Assembly (NCBI GenBank): GCA_001769195.1
Contig: MEOK01000001.1
Span: forward strand, 169,853-233,852
Reading direction: 5' to 3'
From: Bacteroidetes bacterium GWF2_40_14
Lineage (GTDB): Bacteria > Bacteroidota > Bacteroidia > Bacteroidales > UBA932
Length of the DNA: 64,000 nucleotides
How positions within the stretch are numbered: the first letter of the stretch is position 1; every line of letters starts with the position of its first letter. The position numbers were made by a program, and so were the translations under genes. Below the pieces are notes generated by a model. That model made no database searches, was not told the DNA's origin, and saw nothing but the letters and a program-made list of their open reading frames with translations. Positions 40,151 to 49,424 of this stretch are shown here, one piece after another.

Positions 40151-41226
40151 TTCATTCTAAATTTAATAATTAGTGGATTTTTGTCACTTTCTGTCTGACC
40201 TTTGATCACCAGTATATCTTTGGTAGAAGACCCTTGAAAAACTAAGTCCCGACTGCCTAAAGTTAGAAGACTATCTTTTTTATCTTTAATCTTTACATTC
40301 TGATTGTAGCTGCCGGATTCAATATTGTACAGTGATAAAAATGAATTTCTAACTTTTTCCTGAGCATTATTGACTTGGTAAAAAAAGAAAATGAAGTCTC
40401 CCCCCTGCACTATATTGCGCATATAGAGTTTATTTCCTTCTAATGCCTGCATATTTTCCATAGAAAGCTCTTCAAAATTTAATGTCATTTTATTTGTCTG
40501 GATCAGAAATTCAGGGTTAAGCTTTTTGTTTCGCAGACGGAATAATGTGTCATTAAAGTAATTATAAATGTATGGATTCTGTCTGTCCCCGAAAATAAAG
40601 ACATTCCCAATTATTAGCTCACCTGGTTGCATTTCTCTGTCAATTTTTGAAAGTAAAACCGGGTTGTCTAAAGAATAATTGTATAAGAACAAATCCATTC
40701 CGGATGAGTTATTGGAAGTATAAAACAACAACGAATCTCTATATGGAAAAAATGATTTAAGGTATAAAAGAGTATCTTTAAAATCAGGTTTAAACGAAGA
40801 GAGAAAATTACCCTCTCTATCATATTTCAAAAGTTTCTGGCTGGGAAAATCAAATAGATTCACACTACTGTCTTTTTCATTGACAAAGATTTTTTTAACA
40901 AACAAGAATTCTCCAGGACCTCTGCCTTGAGTTCCTATTTGACGGACAAATTTTCCTGTTTTCTCATATTCATAAACATTTTTTTCGTCGGAAACAATGT
41001 AGTATGATTGATAAGATTCATAAAGATCAGAAATTACACCGATAATTGGAGCCTTTTCAGAATTATCCAGCTCAATGACTTCTGTGCTGCTTACTATGGA
41101 ATCAAGGGGAATTGTGATACAGTCTGCTTTCTTTGACAAATCGTGCAGTGTAATTACTTTCAGGTTTTCATTCCTGGAACAAGATGCCAATATAAGTATA
41201 GAGAATACTAATAGTAATTTTTTCAT
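40147..41226 (-). CDS. 6-bladed beta-propeller lipoprotein (DUF4934/DUF5128-like)
   Basis: Lipobox (LILASC); GKFVRQIGTQGRGPGEF motif; KNPLIIKFRMK C-terminus; TAGTTTTG on the minus strand at 41261-41268. Confidence 0.75.
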   Translation of the reverse strand: MKKLLLVFSILILASCSRNENLKVITLHDLSKKADCITIPLDSIVSSTEVIELDNSEKAPIIGVISDLYESYQSYYIVSDEKNVYEYEKTGKFVRQIGTQGRGPGEFLFVKKIFVNEKDSSVNLFDFPSQKLLKYDREGNFLSSFKPDFKDTLLYLKSFFPYRDSLLFYTSNNSSGMDLFLYNYSLDNPVLLSKIDREMQPGELIIGNVFIFGDRQNPYIYNYFNDTLFRLRNKKLNPEFLIQTNKMTLNFEELSMENMQALEGNKLYMRNIVQGGDFIFFFYQVNNAQEKVRNSFLSLYNIESGSYNQNVKIKDKKDSLLTLGSRDLVFQGSSTKDILVIKGQTESDKNPLIIKFRMK

Positions 41227-41293
41227 ATATATACTTTTATTAAGATTCTGAAAATCAATCCAAAACTAATAAAAAATATACAAATAAAAAATA

Positions 41294-43027
41294 TTATCTG
41301 TCTTTAAATAGCAGGTTGTAGTCTCTTACTGCAGCCCTCTTTACGAATTTTTCAGGGACAAACTTCCATTGATTGAGTTTGGTTGCTTTGATTGTTCCGT
41401 TTTGCTTCAGTTTGTCGTATATCAATCCTCTGATATCGGTAGAACGGCTTATGACCCTTCCATCCAGTTCACTTCTTGGAATCTTTGCTCCTTGCTCCAG
41501 TATATCGCCTCCTCCGTTGGCCCTGTATGATGAGAGTGCCACCTTGTATTTTGATTCGGGATTAAACTCCATACCGTTGGACATCGATTTAATCGTAATC
41601 CTCTCTCCGTCTTCCTTTTGAACATCAACCTCGTATATTATACCTGCGGCAGAATCGAAATTGAAATTCATGTTTTTAAACCTGTACCGGCCGTCATCAC
41701 CACGAATTTCTATGTTCAACAAATGGTCGTCAGCGCTTTTCATCTGATTTATCCATTTTGAATATGAATACTCCAGATAATCTTTTATCTCCTTGCCGGT
41801 CATCTCAATAACATACAATTGATTCTCGAAAGGGTAAAGGTTGAGCAGATCCTGGTAGTTCAATTCTCCGGCAGGTATGGTAATATCAAGAGAAAGTGGG
41901 GCTGCAAATGAGATATCGGCATTTGATTTTTCAAGCTGTATTGTATGTATCATATCTATATACTCAGATGACCCGAAATAGGAATCGCGTGATGTAACAG
42001 TATTTTCAAGCCTTCCAACAACAGTAATTGTAAATTTCTTGACAGCAAAGAATTCTTTATGAAACTTATTAGTATACTCTATATCTGCAGCAACACCCTT
42101 CATCGGAATTGTCTGCGGCTCGTATCTCTTTGAGACAACCTTGCCATCTTCAACTTTAAGATTCACTTTAACGAACGAAAGAGATGATGCCCTGCTGCCA
42201 CCCTCTAATACCAGAACACTGTCTTGTCCATTCTTGACAAACTCTGCAACTGTTTTATGATCATGTGCAGCCATTACAATATCGATTCCCTTGACATTTT
42301 TTGCTACATACCTTGCCGGGTCTTCCATCTGGTAACTGTTCTCATCTCCCAGCCCAGCATGCAAAGCAGCAATAATCAAATGGGGCTTCTCTTTTCTTTG
42401 AATATTCACTACAAGATTATCCACCAAAGGGATTATCTCTTCAAATCGCATTCCGCTCCATAACTGCTGAGATAGCCATTTGCTGATATTAGGATTTGTC
42501 ATTCCTATAACTGCAATTTTAATCCCCTGCCTTACTATTATTGTATATGGTTCGAAATATGGTTTACCGGTTTTTACATCTGTCGCATTAGCTGCAAGAT
42601 ATGGTGGATTGAGCTCTTTTACTATTTTGTCGTAAACAGGATGCCCTGCCTCAATATCATGATTTCCAACTACAACAGCATCATATTTAAGATAATTTGC
42701 CACTTTGCTGAAAATATGCTCACTTTTTGTATCAACATAGTTGTAGTAAAACACAGAATTGTCTCCTTGAAGGTGGTCCCCGATATCGAGAAGTACTACT
42801 GAGCCCTCTCCTGCCCTCTCACGTGCCCCATTTATGTACGTTGATACAGACGAAAGAGAGAATGCATGAGTTGTAGTATCTGTATATAATGAATCAAAAA
42901 TACGCCCATGCAGGTCGTTTGTGGCATATATCTCTATTGAGTAGGTTCCATCTTTTATCTTTTCACCCGTGCATCCGGTAAGTGAAACAAAAAGAATTAT
43001 TATTATATGAAAGAAATATCGTCTCAT
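41294..43027 (-). CDS. Bifunctional metallophosphatase/5'-nucleotidase (CpdB/UshA-like) lipoprotein
   Basis: TNDLHG, DIGDHLQG, VGNHD and AHDH motifs; 5'-nucleotidase C-terminal domain (LYPFENQL, YRANGGG). Confidence 0.9.
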   Translation of the reverse strand: MRRYFFHIIIILFVSLTGCTGEKIKDGTYSIEIYATNDLHGRIFDSLYTDTTTHAFSLSSVSTYINGARERAGEGSVVLLDIGDHLQGDNSVFYYNYVDTKSEHIFSKVANYLKYDAVVVGNHDIEAGHPVYDKIVKELNPPYLAANATDVKTGKPYFEPYTIIVRQGIKIAVIGMTNPNISKWLSQQLWSGMRFEEIIPLVDNLVVNIQRKEKPHLIIAALHAGLGDENSYQMEDPARYVAKNVKGIDIVMAAHDHKTVAEFVKNGQDSVLVLEGGSRASSLSFVKVNLKVEDGKVVSKRYEPQTIPMKGVAADIEYTNKFHKEFFAVKKFTITVVGRLENTVTSRDSYFGSSEYIDMIHTIQLEKSNADISFAAPLSLDITIPAGELNYQDLLNLYPFENQLYVIEMTGKEIKDYLEYSYSKWINQMKSADDHLLNIEIRGDDGRYRFKNMNFNFDSAAGIIYEVDVQKEDGERITIKSMSNGMEFNPESKYKVALSSYRANGGGDILEQGAKIPRSELDGRVISRSTDIRGLIYDKLKQNGTIKATKLNQWKFVPEKFVKRAAVRDYNLLFKDR

Positions 43028-43809
43028 TAATAAATTATTTCAAAGTTGTCTGCATCCTGCCATGCCTTGAATTTTTGTCTGAATATCACAAGGTCATTAA
43101 TGTCAAGATTATAGGTTTTGTAATTAAATTCATCAGAAAAAAGTTTGGGTGTCATTGGCTCTCCTTTATAATCCGATACGAATCCTACAGGATTGTAGCT
43201 GTTAAGAGGGTCATTGCCGGATCTATTTGTAAATGCATAATAGCTTAAGTTTTCAATAGCCCTTGCACGTACCATAGGCTCTATTACACTCTCCCGGGAA
43301 GAGGGCCAGTTTGCCATATTGATTACAAGGTCGTAAGAAAGGTTTTTATTTCTTGACCATACAGGGAACCTGAGATCATAGCAGACCTGCAGTAAAATAT
43401 TGAAGCCTTTATAGTTCACTATTGTATTGGAATCGCCTCTGGTATATACCATATCTTCTCCTCCATAACTGAAAAGGTGCCTTTTATCGTAATGGTGTTC
43501 AGTTCCGTCCGGTTTAACAAAATATGCCCGATTGAACAGTCTGTCACCCTCTTTTATTGGAATAGTTGCAACAATGGCAACATTATACTGCATGCTTTTC
43601 TCTCTCATCCACGAAAGTGAAGGTCCGTTTATACCCTCCGCAATCTCTCTATTCATAGTGAAGCCGTATGTAAAAAACTCAGGAAGTATCACTATGTCCG
43701 TTCCTGAACTTTTAGTTGTGAATAAGTCTTCTAAAAGTCTTTCACAGTTGCTTATATTTTCTATTGCTTTTTCCCAGACTATCGGGATCTGACATAAAGT
43801 TATTCTCAT
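43027..43809 (-). CDS. Nitrilase-family carbon-nitrogen hydrolase (omega-amidase YafV-like)
   Basis: ILPEFF, YDKRHLF and VCYDLRFP (E-K-C triad). Start set at MRITLCQ (43809) because TACCTTTG (minus strand, 43825-32) overlaps the longer start. Confidence 0.9.
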   Translation of the reverse strand: MRITLCQIPIVWEKAIENISNCERLLEDLFTTKSSGTDIVILPEFFTYGFTMNREIAEGINGPSLSWMREKSMQYNVAIVATIPIKEGDRLFNRAYFVKPDGTEHHYDKRHLFSYGGEDMVYTRGDSNTIVNYKGFNILLQVCYDLRFPVWSRNKNLSYDLVINMANWPSSRESVIEPMVRARAIENLSYYAFTNRSGNDPLNSYNPVGFVSDYKGEPMTPKLFSDEFNYKTYNLDINDLVIFRQKFKAWQDADNFEIIY

Positions 43810-43882
43810 ATTAACAAATATTACCAAAGGTAGCTATTCAAATTGAAAAAAATAAATTAGGTTTGTTACAAAATTGTGTGAC

Positions 43883-46555
43883 ATGACGCTTCATTTCTCA
43901 GTACCTTATATAACGGATTTTGGGCAACAAATGTTCATGACAGGGTCTGTTCAGGAGCTCTTCTCGTTTGATACAAAAAATGGCATTCCTTTAACATTCA
44001 GAGACAATGAATGGACATGCACACTTGAAAAGGAGGAACTTGTAAGCTTTGAATATTCATATCAACTGATTAACCAAGATGGCAGTATTGAATTCGAGGC
44101 TGGTCCGGCAAGAAAATTCATATACTCTCCTAAATACAATGAATATTTCATAAAAGATGAATGGAAGCAGTTCAGCGATGAGTCTCCGTTTCTATCGATG
44201 GCATTTAAAAATGTCCTTTATTTCAATTCGGGGCATTCCCTCAATGAGGCTGGAGATATCACCATAAGATTATCAGCGAATAATATTGCCATTAATTCTG
44301 ATATTGCAATTTGCGGGGATTGTCCTTTCCTTGGAAACTGGCAACCTGAGTTATCCAAAAAAATGCATTTGAATAGCGATGGTTTTTGGGAAATCATATT
44401 TAATAAAAACGAGATTCCGGAAGAAATTGAATACAGATTTATTCAGGTTGTAAACGATACGGATGTAAAATACCGATGGGAAGGTGGGACAAACCGAAAG
44501 ACCAGTATTCCCCATCTGGATTCTTGCTCATCTCTGATTATTAATCATTTTTCAATTAATATGGCCGCTGTAAAAGCCAGAATTGCAGGGACAGCCGTAC
44601 CTGTGTTTTCATTAAGAAGTGACGATAGTTGTGGTATCGGAGATTTTCTTGACCTTAAGAAAATGATAGATTTCCTGAAAGTTACAGGTCAGAATGTTTT
44701 ACAGTTACTGCCGGTGAATGACACAACAATGACCCACACCTGGCATGATTCCTACCCATACGAAGCAATTTCTATTTATGCACTACACCCTATATATATA
44801 AATCCGGAAGCCGTTGGTAAAATTTCTGATGGTGAATTTTTAAAATCATTTTACTGTAAGGTTAGCAGGTTAAATAAACTGGAAAAGACAGATTACGATG
44901 CTGTTGAAAAAATAAAGTGGTCCTATCTGAAAAAGATATTTGAGCAGGAAGGCGATAAAACACTGGAAAGCGAAGGTTATAAATTATTTTTTGATCATAA
45001 CAGTTATTGGCTTGAACCCTATTCGGCGTTCTGTTTCCTCAGAGACAAGTATAAAACGGCTGAATTCAAAAATTGGCCAGAATATTCAGTTTATTGTGAC
45101 GAGGAAATTAAGAATCTACCGAATGAATCTGGTAATACATTCCGTTCTGTCTCATTACACCGCTTTGTGCAATATCATCTCCATAAACAACTATTATCTG
45201 TCCATGATTATGCCCGTCAGAATAAAATAATCCTCAAGGGAGATATACCTATTGGAGTAAACAGGAATTCTGTTGAAACGTGGGTGGAGCCATCTCTTTT
45301 TAATTTTTCAGGACAGGCCGGAGCTCCACCCGATGACTTTTCTGATAAAGGGCAAAATTGGGGATTTCCAACATATGATTGGGTAAAAATGGAAGCTGAC
45401 GGTTACTCCTGGTGGAAGAGAAGGTTCAGGAAAATGGCTGAATATTTTGATGCATATAGAATTGACCATATTTTAGGGTTTTTTAGAATTTGGGAAATAC
45501 CTGAGGATTCAATTGAGGGAGTAATGGGCCATTTCAACCCTTCATTGCCGTTGTCGTCTTATGAGATTCAAAGTATGGGATACATGTTTGACAATAATAG
45601 AGATTGCAAGCCAAATATTCAGGAATCCGTTCTTGATAAGTATTTTGGAATCAATAAGGACAAAATTAAAACGCTTTTTCTGGATTTTACAGAACGAGAT
45701 AAATATGAACTAAAGGAGAGCTTCTGTTCGCAGAGGAAAATAGAAGATTACTTCTTAGCTAACCCAGTATCAGATCTTAAAGTTTTTAAAGAAGGATTAT
45801 TATCACTATGTTCGGAGCTCTTGTTCCTGAAAGACCCTATAGATCAGAGTAAATACCATCCAAGAATCTCTGCTCAGTTCACAGAATCATACAGGGCTAT
45901 GGACAATAATCAAAAAGAATGCTTCAACAGTATATACAATCACTATTATTATCATAGAAATGACTTTTTATGGTTCCACACAGCAATGAATAGACTTCCC
46001 CCTCTTATATCTGCTACCGGGATGCTTGTTTGTGGAGAGGATTTAGGGATGATCCCATCATGTGTCCCTTCTTTAATGCAATCTTTGAGAATAATGAGTC
46101 TGGAGATACAAAGAATGCCAAAAGCTCCTGAAGAGAAGTTTGCAAACACATCAAAATATCCTTATCTCTCTGTCTGCTCTACCGGAACTCACGATACGAG
46201 TACTCTAAGAGCATGGTGGGAAGAGGATTATGATTCAAGTAAAAGGTACTTCAAAGAGGTTCTGGGAGAGGAGGGTATTGCACCTGTCTCATGCGAACCA
46301 TGGCTTTGCAGGAAAATCATTGAGTTGCACCTGAATTCGCCATCTATGCTTGCAATATTTCCGTTACAGGACTGGTTGTCTGTTTCCGGAAGATCAAGAA
46401 GATTCAATCCTAATGACGAGAGGATAAATGTACCATCAAATCCCAGACATTATTGGAGATACAGGATGCATTTATCTATTGAAGCTTTACTTAAAAATGA
46501 AGAGTTAATTAAAAATATCAGAACAATGGTTAAAAGTTCAGGAAGAGTATTTTAA
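43883..46555 (+). CDS. malQ: 4-alpha-glucanotransferase (GH77, DPE2-like with N-terminal CBM20s)
   Basis: AGTAVPVFSLRS, GIGDF, LKGDIPIG, GQNWGFPTY, YRIDHILGFFRIW and GEDLG motifs; TAGGTTTG at 43858-65 favours the ATG at 43883. Confidence 0.95.
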   Translation: MTLHFSVPYITDFGQQMFMTGSVQELFSFDTKNGIPLTFRDNEWTCTLEKEELVSFEYSYQLINQDGSIEFEAGPARKFIYSPKYNEYFIKDEWKQFSDESPFLSMAFKNVLYFNSGHSLNEAGDITIRLSANNIAINSDIAICGDCPFLGNWQPELSKKMHLNSDGFWEIIFNKNEIPEEIEYRFIQVVNDTDVKYRWEGGTNRKTSIPHLDSCSSLIINHFSINMAAVKARIAGTAVPVFSLRSDDSCGIGDFLDLKKMIDFLKVTGQNVLQLLPVNDTTMTHTWHDSYPYEAISIYALHPIYINPEAVGKISDGEFLKSFYCKVSRLNKLEKTDYDAVEKIKWSYLKKIFEQEGDKTLESEGYKLFFDHNSYWLEPYSAFCFLRDKYKTAEFKNWPEYSVYCDEEIKNLPNESGNTFRSVSLHRFVQYHLHKQLLSVHDYARQNKIILKGDIPIGVNRNSVETWVEPSLFNFSGQAGAPPDDFSDKGQNWGFPTYDWVKMEADGYSWWKRRFRKMAEYFDAYRIDHILGFFRIWEIPEDSIEGVMGHFNPSLPLSSYEIQSMGYMFDNNRDCKPNIQESVLDKYFGINKDKIKTLFLDFTERDKYELKESFCSQRKIEDYFLANPVSDLKVFKEGLLSLCSELLFLKDPIDQSKYHPRISAQFTESYRAMDNNQKECFNSIYNHYYYHRNDFLWFHTAMNRLPPLISATGMLVCGEDLGMIPSCVPSLMQSLRIMSLEIQRMPKAPEEKFANTSKYPYLSVCSTGTHDTSTLRAWWEEDYDSSKRYFKEVLGEEGIAPVSCEPWLCRKIIELHLNSPSMLAIFPLQDWLSVSGRSRRFNPNDERINVPSNPRHYWRYRMHLSIEALLKNEELIKNIRTMVKSSGRVF

Positions 46556-46558
46556 TAA

Positions 46559-47734
46559 TTATTTACTCCTCTCTTTTGAATATATCTTGTCAATTACTAA
46601 AGCAATTGCACCATCCCCTGTAACATTGCAAGCTGTTCCGAAACTATCCATCGTTATATATAGAGCAATCATCAATCCTATTAAAGTTTCATCAAATCCC
46701 AGCATTGACTGTAGTATTCCAACAGCTGCCATTATTGCACCACCTGGCACACCCGGGGCTGCGACCATAATGATTCCCAGCATAAAGATAAATCCTGCAA
46801 AGAGATCTATTCCAACCGGCATGTTCATCATCCACATTATTGCAAAAGCACATGCAACTATTTTTAATGTGCTACCAGCCAGGTGTATTGTTGCACAAAG
46901 CGGTATTACAAAGTCTGCTATTTCAGGGTCAACTCCATTCTTCTTTGTCTGTGCCAATGTTACAGGAATTGTTGCTGCAGAGGATTGGGTCCCTAAGGCA
47001 GTCATGTATGCTGGTAACATATTTATAAGAGACTTAATTGGATTCCGGCCTGTAATTGCCCCCATCACAAAAAATTGAAAAAGCAATAATAATATGTGCA
47101 TCACAAAGATTACTATTATAACCTTAAAGAAAAGCCCCATAATGAGTGAGACTTGTCCCTCTTCCGTTATTTTTAGGAAAATGCCATAAATATAGACAGG
47201 CAATACTGGAATTATTGCTTTCGTAATAACAATCGTTATAAGATCTCTGAATTCAAATAATGATCTCTTAATAAGATCGCCTTGAACGACCGCCAAACCT
47301 AAACCTATAATAAAAGCCAGTACTAGAGATGAAGTAACTCCCATAATTGGGGGCATATCTATGGAGAAAAATGGAGGAATCGCATTAGTAGTAAGATTTC
47401 CCAGATTCTCCAAAGACAATGACTTATCCATCAAAAGAGGGAGAGAAAACTTTGTTGTGAAATATGAAAAAAATCCCGCAAAAAGCGTTGAACCATATGC
47501 TATCAAGGCAGTTATACCAAGTAACTTCCCAGCTCCTTTACCCAGATCGGCTATTCCGGGGGCAACCAGTCCAAGAATTATCAATGGTATGACAAAGCCA
47601 AGAAAATTACTGAATATTGAATTAAATGTCACGAAAATCCGGACTATTGAGACAGGAAAAACAAATGATGAGAGAATACCAAGAATTATTGCAATTATAA
47701 TCTTAGTCAGAAGCCCTGTTTTGAATTTAAACAT
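46559..47734 (-). CDS. Dicarboxylate/amino acid:cation symporter (DAACS, SstT/GltP-like)
   Basis: TQSSAATIPV, PLCATIHL, APGVPGG and GTACNVTGD motifs. Confidence 0.92.
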   Translation of the reverse strand: MFKFKTGLLTKIIIAIILGILSSFVFPVSIVRIFVTFNSIFSNFLGFVIPLIILGLVAPGIADLGKGAGKLLGITALIAYGSTLFAGFFSYFTTKFSLPLLMDKSLSLENLGNLTTNAIPPFFSIDMPPIMGVTSSLVLAFIIGLGLAVVQGDLIKRSLFEFRDLITIVITKAIIPVLPVYIYGIFLKITEEGQVSLIMGLFFKVIIVIFVMHILLLLFQFFVMGAITGRNPIKSLINMLPAYMTALGTQSSAATIPVTLAQTKKNGVDPEIADFVIPLCATIHLAGSTLKIVACAFAIMWMMNMPVGIDLFAGFIFMLGIIMVAAPGVPGGAIMAAVGILQSMLGFDETLIGLMIALYITMDSFGTACNVTGDGAIALVIDKIYSKERSK

Positions 47735-47764
47735 ACCGTTTGCGTTATTATCTTTATTATTATC

Positions 47765-48745
47765 TTATTTTAGAATGCCAACCCCATAGCCCCCTGATGC
47801 TTTTGCCCAAGCTCTATTCATCATTTGAGTATTGAATACCATTGATATATTTCCTGATTTGTCAACTGCAATTATTCCGCCACCGGATCCACCCATAGGA
47901 TCAATTTTATTAAATATTACCTCTCTTGCAGCTTGCTCCAGTAAGAGCCCCTTGTACTCCATTAATGCAGAAATATCATATGCTACCACTCTACGAATCC
48001 ATAATTCCCCATGACCAGTTCCGGAAACAGCAACAGTGTTGTTATTTGCATAGGTTCCAGCTCCTATAATTGGGACATCTCCTACCCTGCCCCATTTTTT
48101 TCCCGACATTCCACCCGTAGAAGTTGCTGCAGCAAGATTTCCTTTGCTGTCCAGTGCCACACAGCCTACTGTTCCCCTTGGATCTGGGTTTTCCTTCTGC
48201 TTTTTTATGCTATTGATTTGCTCAACCCTCTCTTTTGTTGAAAAATATGAGTTTTCTACAATCTCCTCTCCCATGGATTTTGCAAAGGCAGATGCCCCTT
48301 CACCTATCAGAAGTACATGTTGTGTACTATCCATGACTAGTCTTGCCGTCTTAATCGGGTTCTTTATATCTCTGACACCTGCAATTGCTCCTGCCTTAAG
48401 GTTGGAGCCATCCATTATTGCCGCGTCAAGTTCGTGAATACCTTCAATATTTAATACTGCTCCTTTACCCGCATTGAACAGTGGACAATCTTCCAGGTAG
48501 ACAACCACCGCCTGAACAGCATTGAGACTACTCTCTCCGCTTGCGAGCATGTCAGTACCAATTTTAAGTGCAGCAAGCAGATGTTTTTCATACACTTTCT
48601 TCTTTTCATCAGTAAGAGATGCTGAGCTTCCTGCTCCCCCATGGATGGCAATAGCCCATTTTTCCTGCACTCTTTTTTCCTGACAAATAACTAATTGACT
48701 ACTAATCATGGTCAATATCAATGACGTAATGAGCTTAACTTTCAT
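47765..48745 (-). CDS. iaaA: Isoaspartyl peptidase/L-asparaginase (Ntn hydrolase), signal peptide
   Basis: AIHGGAG, FNAGKGA, GTVGCVA (autocleavage Thr), ATSTGG and GRVGD motifs. Confidence 0.92.
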   Translation of the reverse strand: MKVKLITSLILTMISSQLVICQEKRVQEKWAIAIHGGAGSSASLTDEKKKVYEKHLLAALKIGTDMLASGESSLNAVQAVVVYLEDCPLFNAGKGAVLNIEGIHELDAAIMDGSNLKAGAIAGVRDIKNPIKTARLVMDSTQHVLLIGEGASAFAKSMGEEIVENSYFSTKERVEQINSIKKQKENPDPRGTVGCVALDSKGNLAAATSTGGMSGKKWGRVGDVPIIGAGTYANNNTVAVSGTGHGELWIRRVVAYDISALMEYKGLLLEQAAREVIFNKIDPMGGSGGGIIAVDKSGNISMVFNTQMMNRAWAKASGGYGVGILK

Positions 48746-48782
48746 AATTTCTTATTAAATTTATACGAAATTAGTTAAAAAA

Positions 48783-49406
48783 ATGAAAAGTATTTATATT
48801 GTTTTGACACTCTGTTGTCTCACCGCTTTCCTGACATCAAATGCTCAGTCGGCATCTGGTAAGATGGTCGAACTATTTAACCCTTCTACGGTAAGGAATG
48901 TATACGAAATTGTAAAGTATGTTCCTCTGGGGGAGGCTAAGCAAATAGCATTAGCTAAGTTAATCGAAAAGGAGGACCTTTTCTTTGCAAAATGTCTCAA
49001 GGATGATCAAGTAATAAGTACCCGGAATAAAAATATTCTCTTAGCCATGAGGAAGGAAAGCCTTCAAAATGTTCTGTCAGAAAAGGAAATAGACCAGTAT
49101 TACAGGGGAATAAGCGATTCTGAAGCAGAAGCGATGGCTATAGAAGTAAGAGAAAAAACGAAAATACAATTAGGGACATCATATCAAGAAGGTAAGTTCA
49201 TTTTTGCCTCTTTTTACAAAATATTCCTTGAATCAAAAGTGGCTGAACTGAAATATGCTGACTCCCCAAAACAACGGGATTTAGTATTAAAGAAGATAAA
49301 AGATGATGAATTGAAGGTTTTACTTGAGAAAAGCGGTCTTTGGGTAGATGAAAACCTTATAGCCAAAAGAGTATGGAGATTCAAACCAAATACACCATTA
49401 AGATAG
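48783..49406 (+). CDS. Exported helical hypothetical protein
   Basis: Sec signal ending SNA-Q; charged alpha-helical body; 18 nt upstream of the sulfatase. Confidence 0.7.
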   Translation: MKSIYIVLTLCCLTAFLTSNAQSASGKMVELFNPSTVRNVYEIVKYVPLGEAKQIALAKLIEKEDLFFAKCLKDDQVISTRNKNILLAMRKESLQNVLSEKEIDQYYRGISDSEAEAMAIEVREKTKIQLGTSYQEGKFIFASFYKIFLESKVAELKYADSPKQRDLVLKKIKDDELKVLLEKSGLWVDENLIAKRVWRFKPNTPLR

Positions 49407-49424
49407 ATAATAATAAAAGCCATT

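Noticed and set aside
46587-47789. Plus-strand ORFs of 163 aa and 142 aa
   Set aside because: They are antisense shadows of the DAACS symporter with no recognisable motifs. The same applies to the other short overlapping ORFs in the track.
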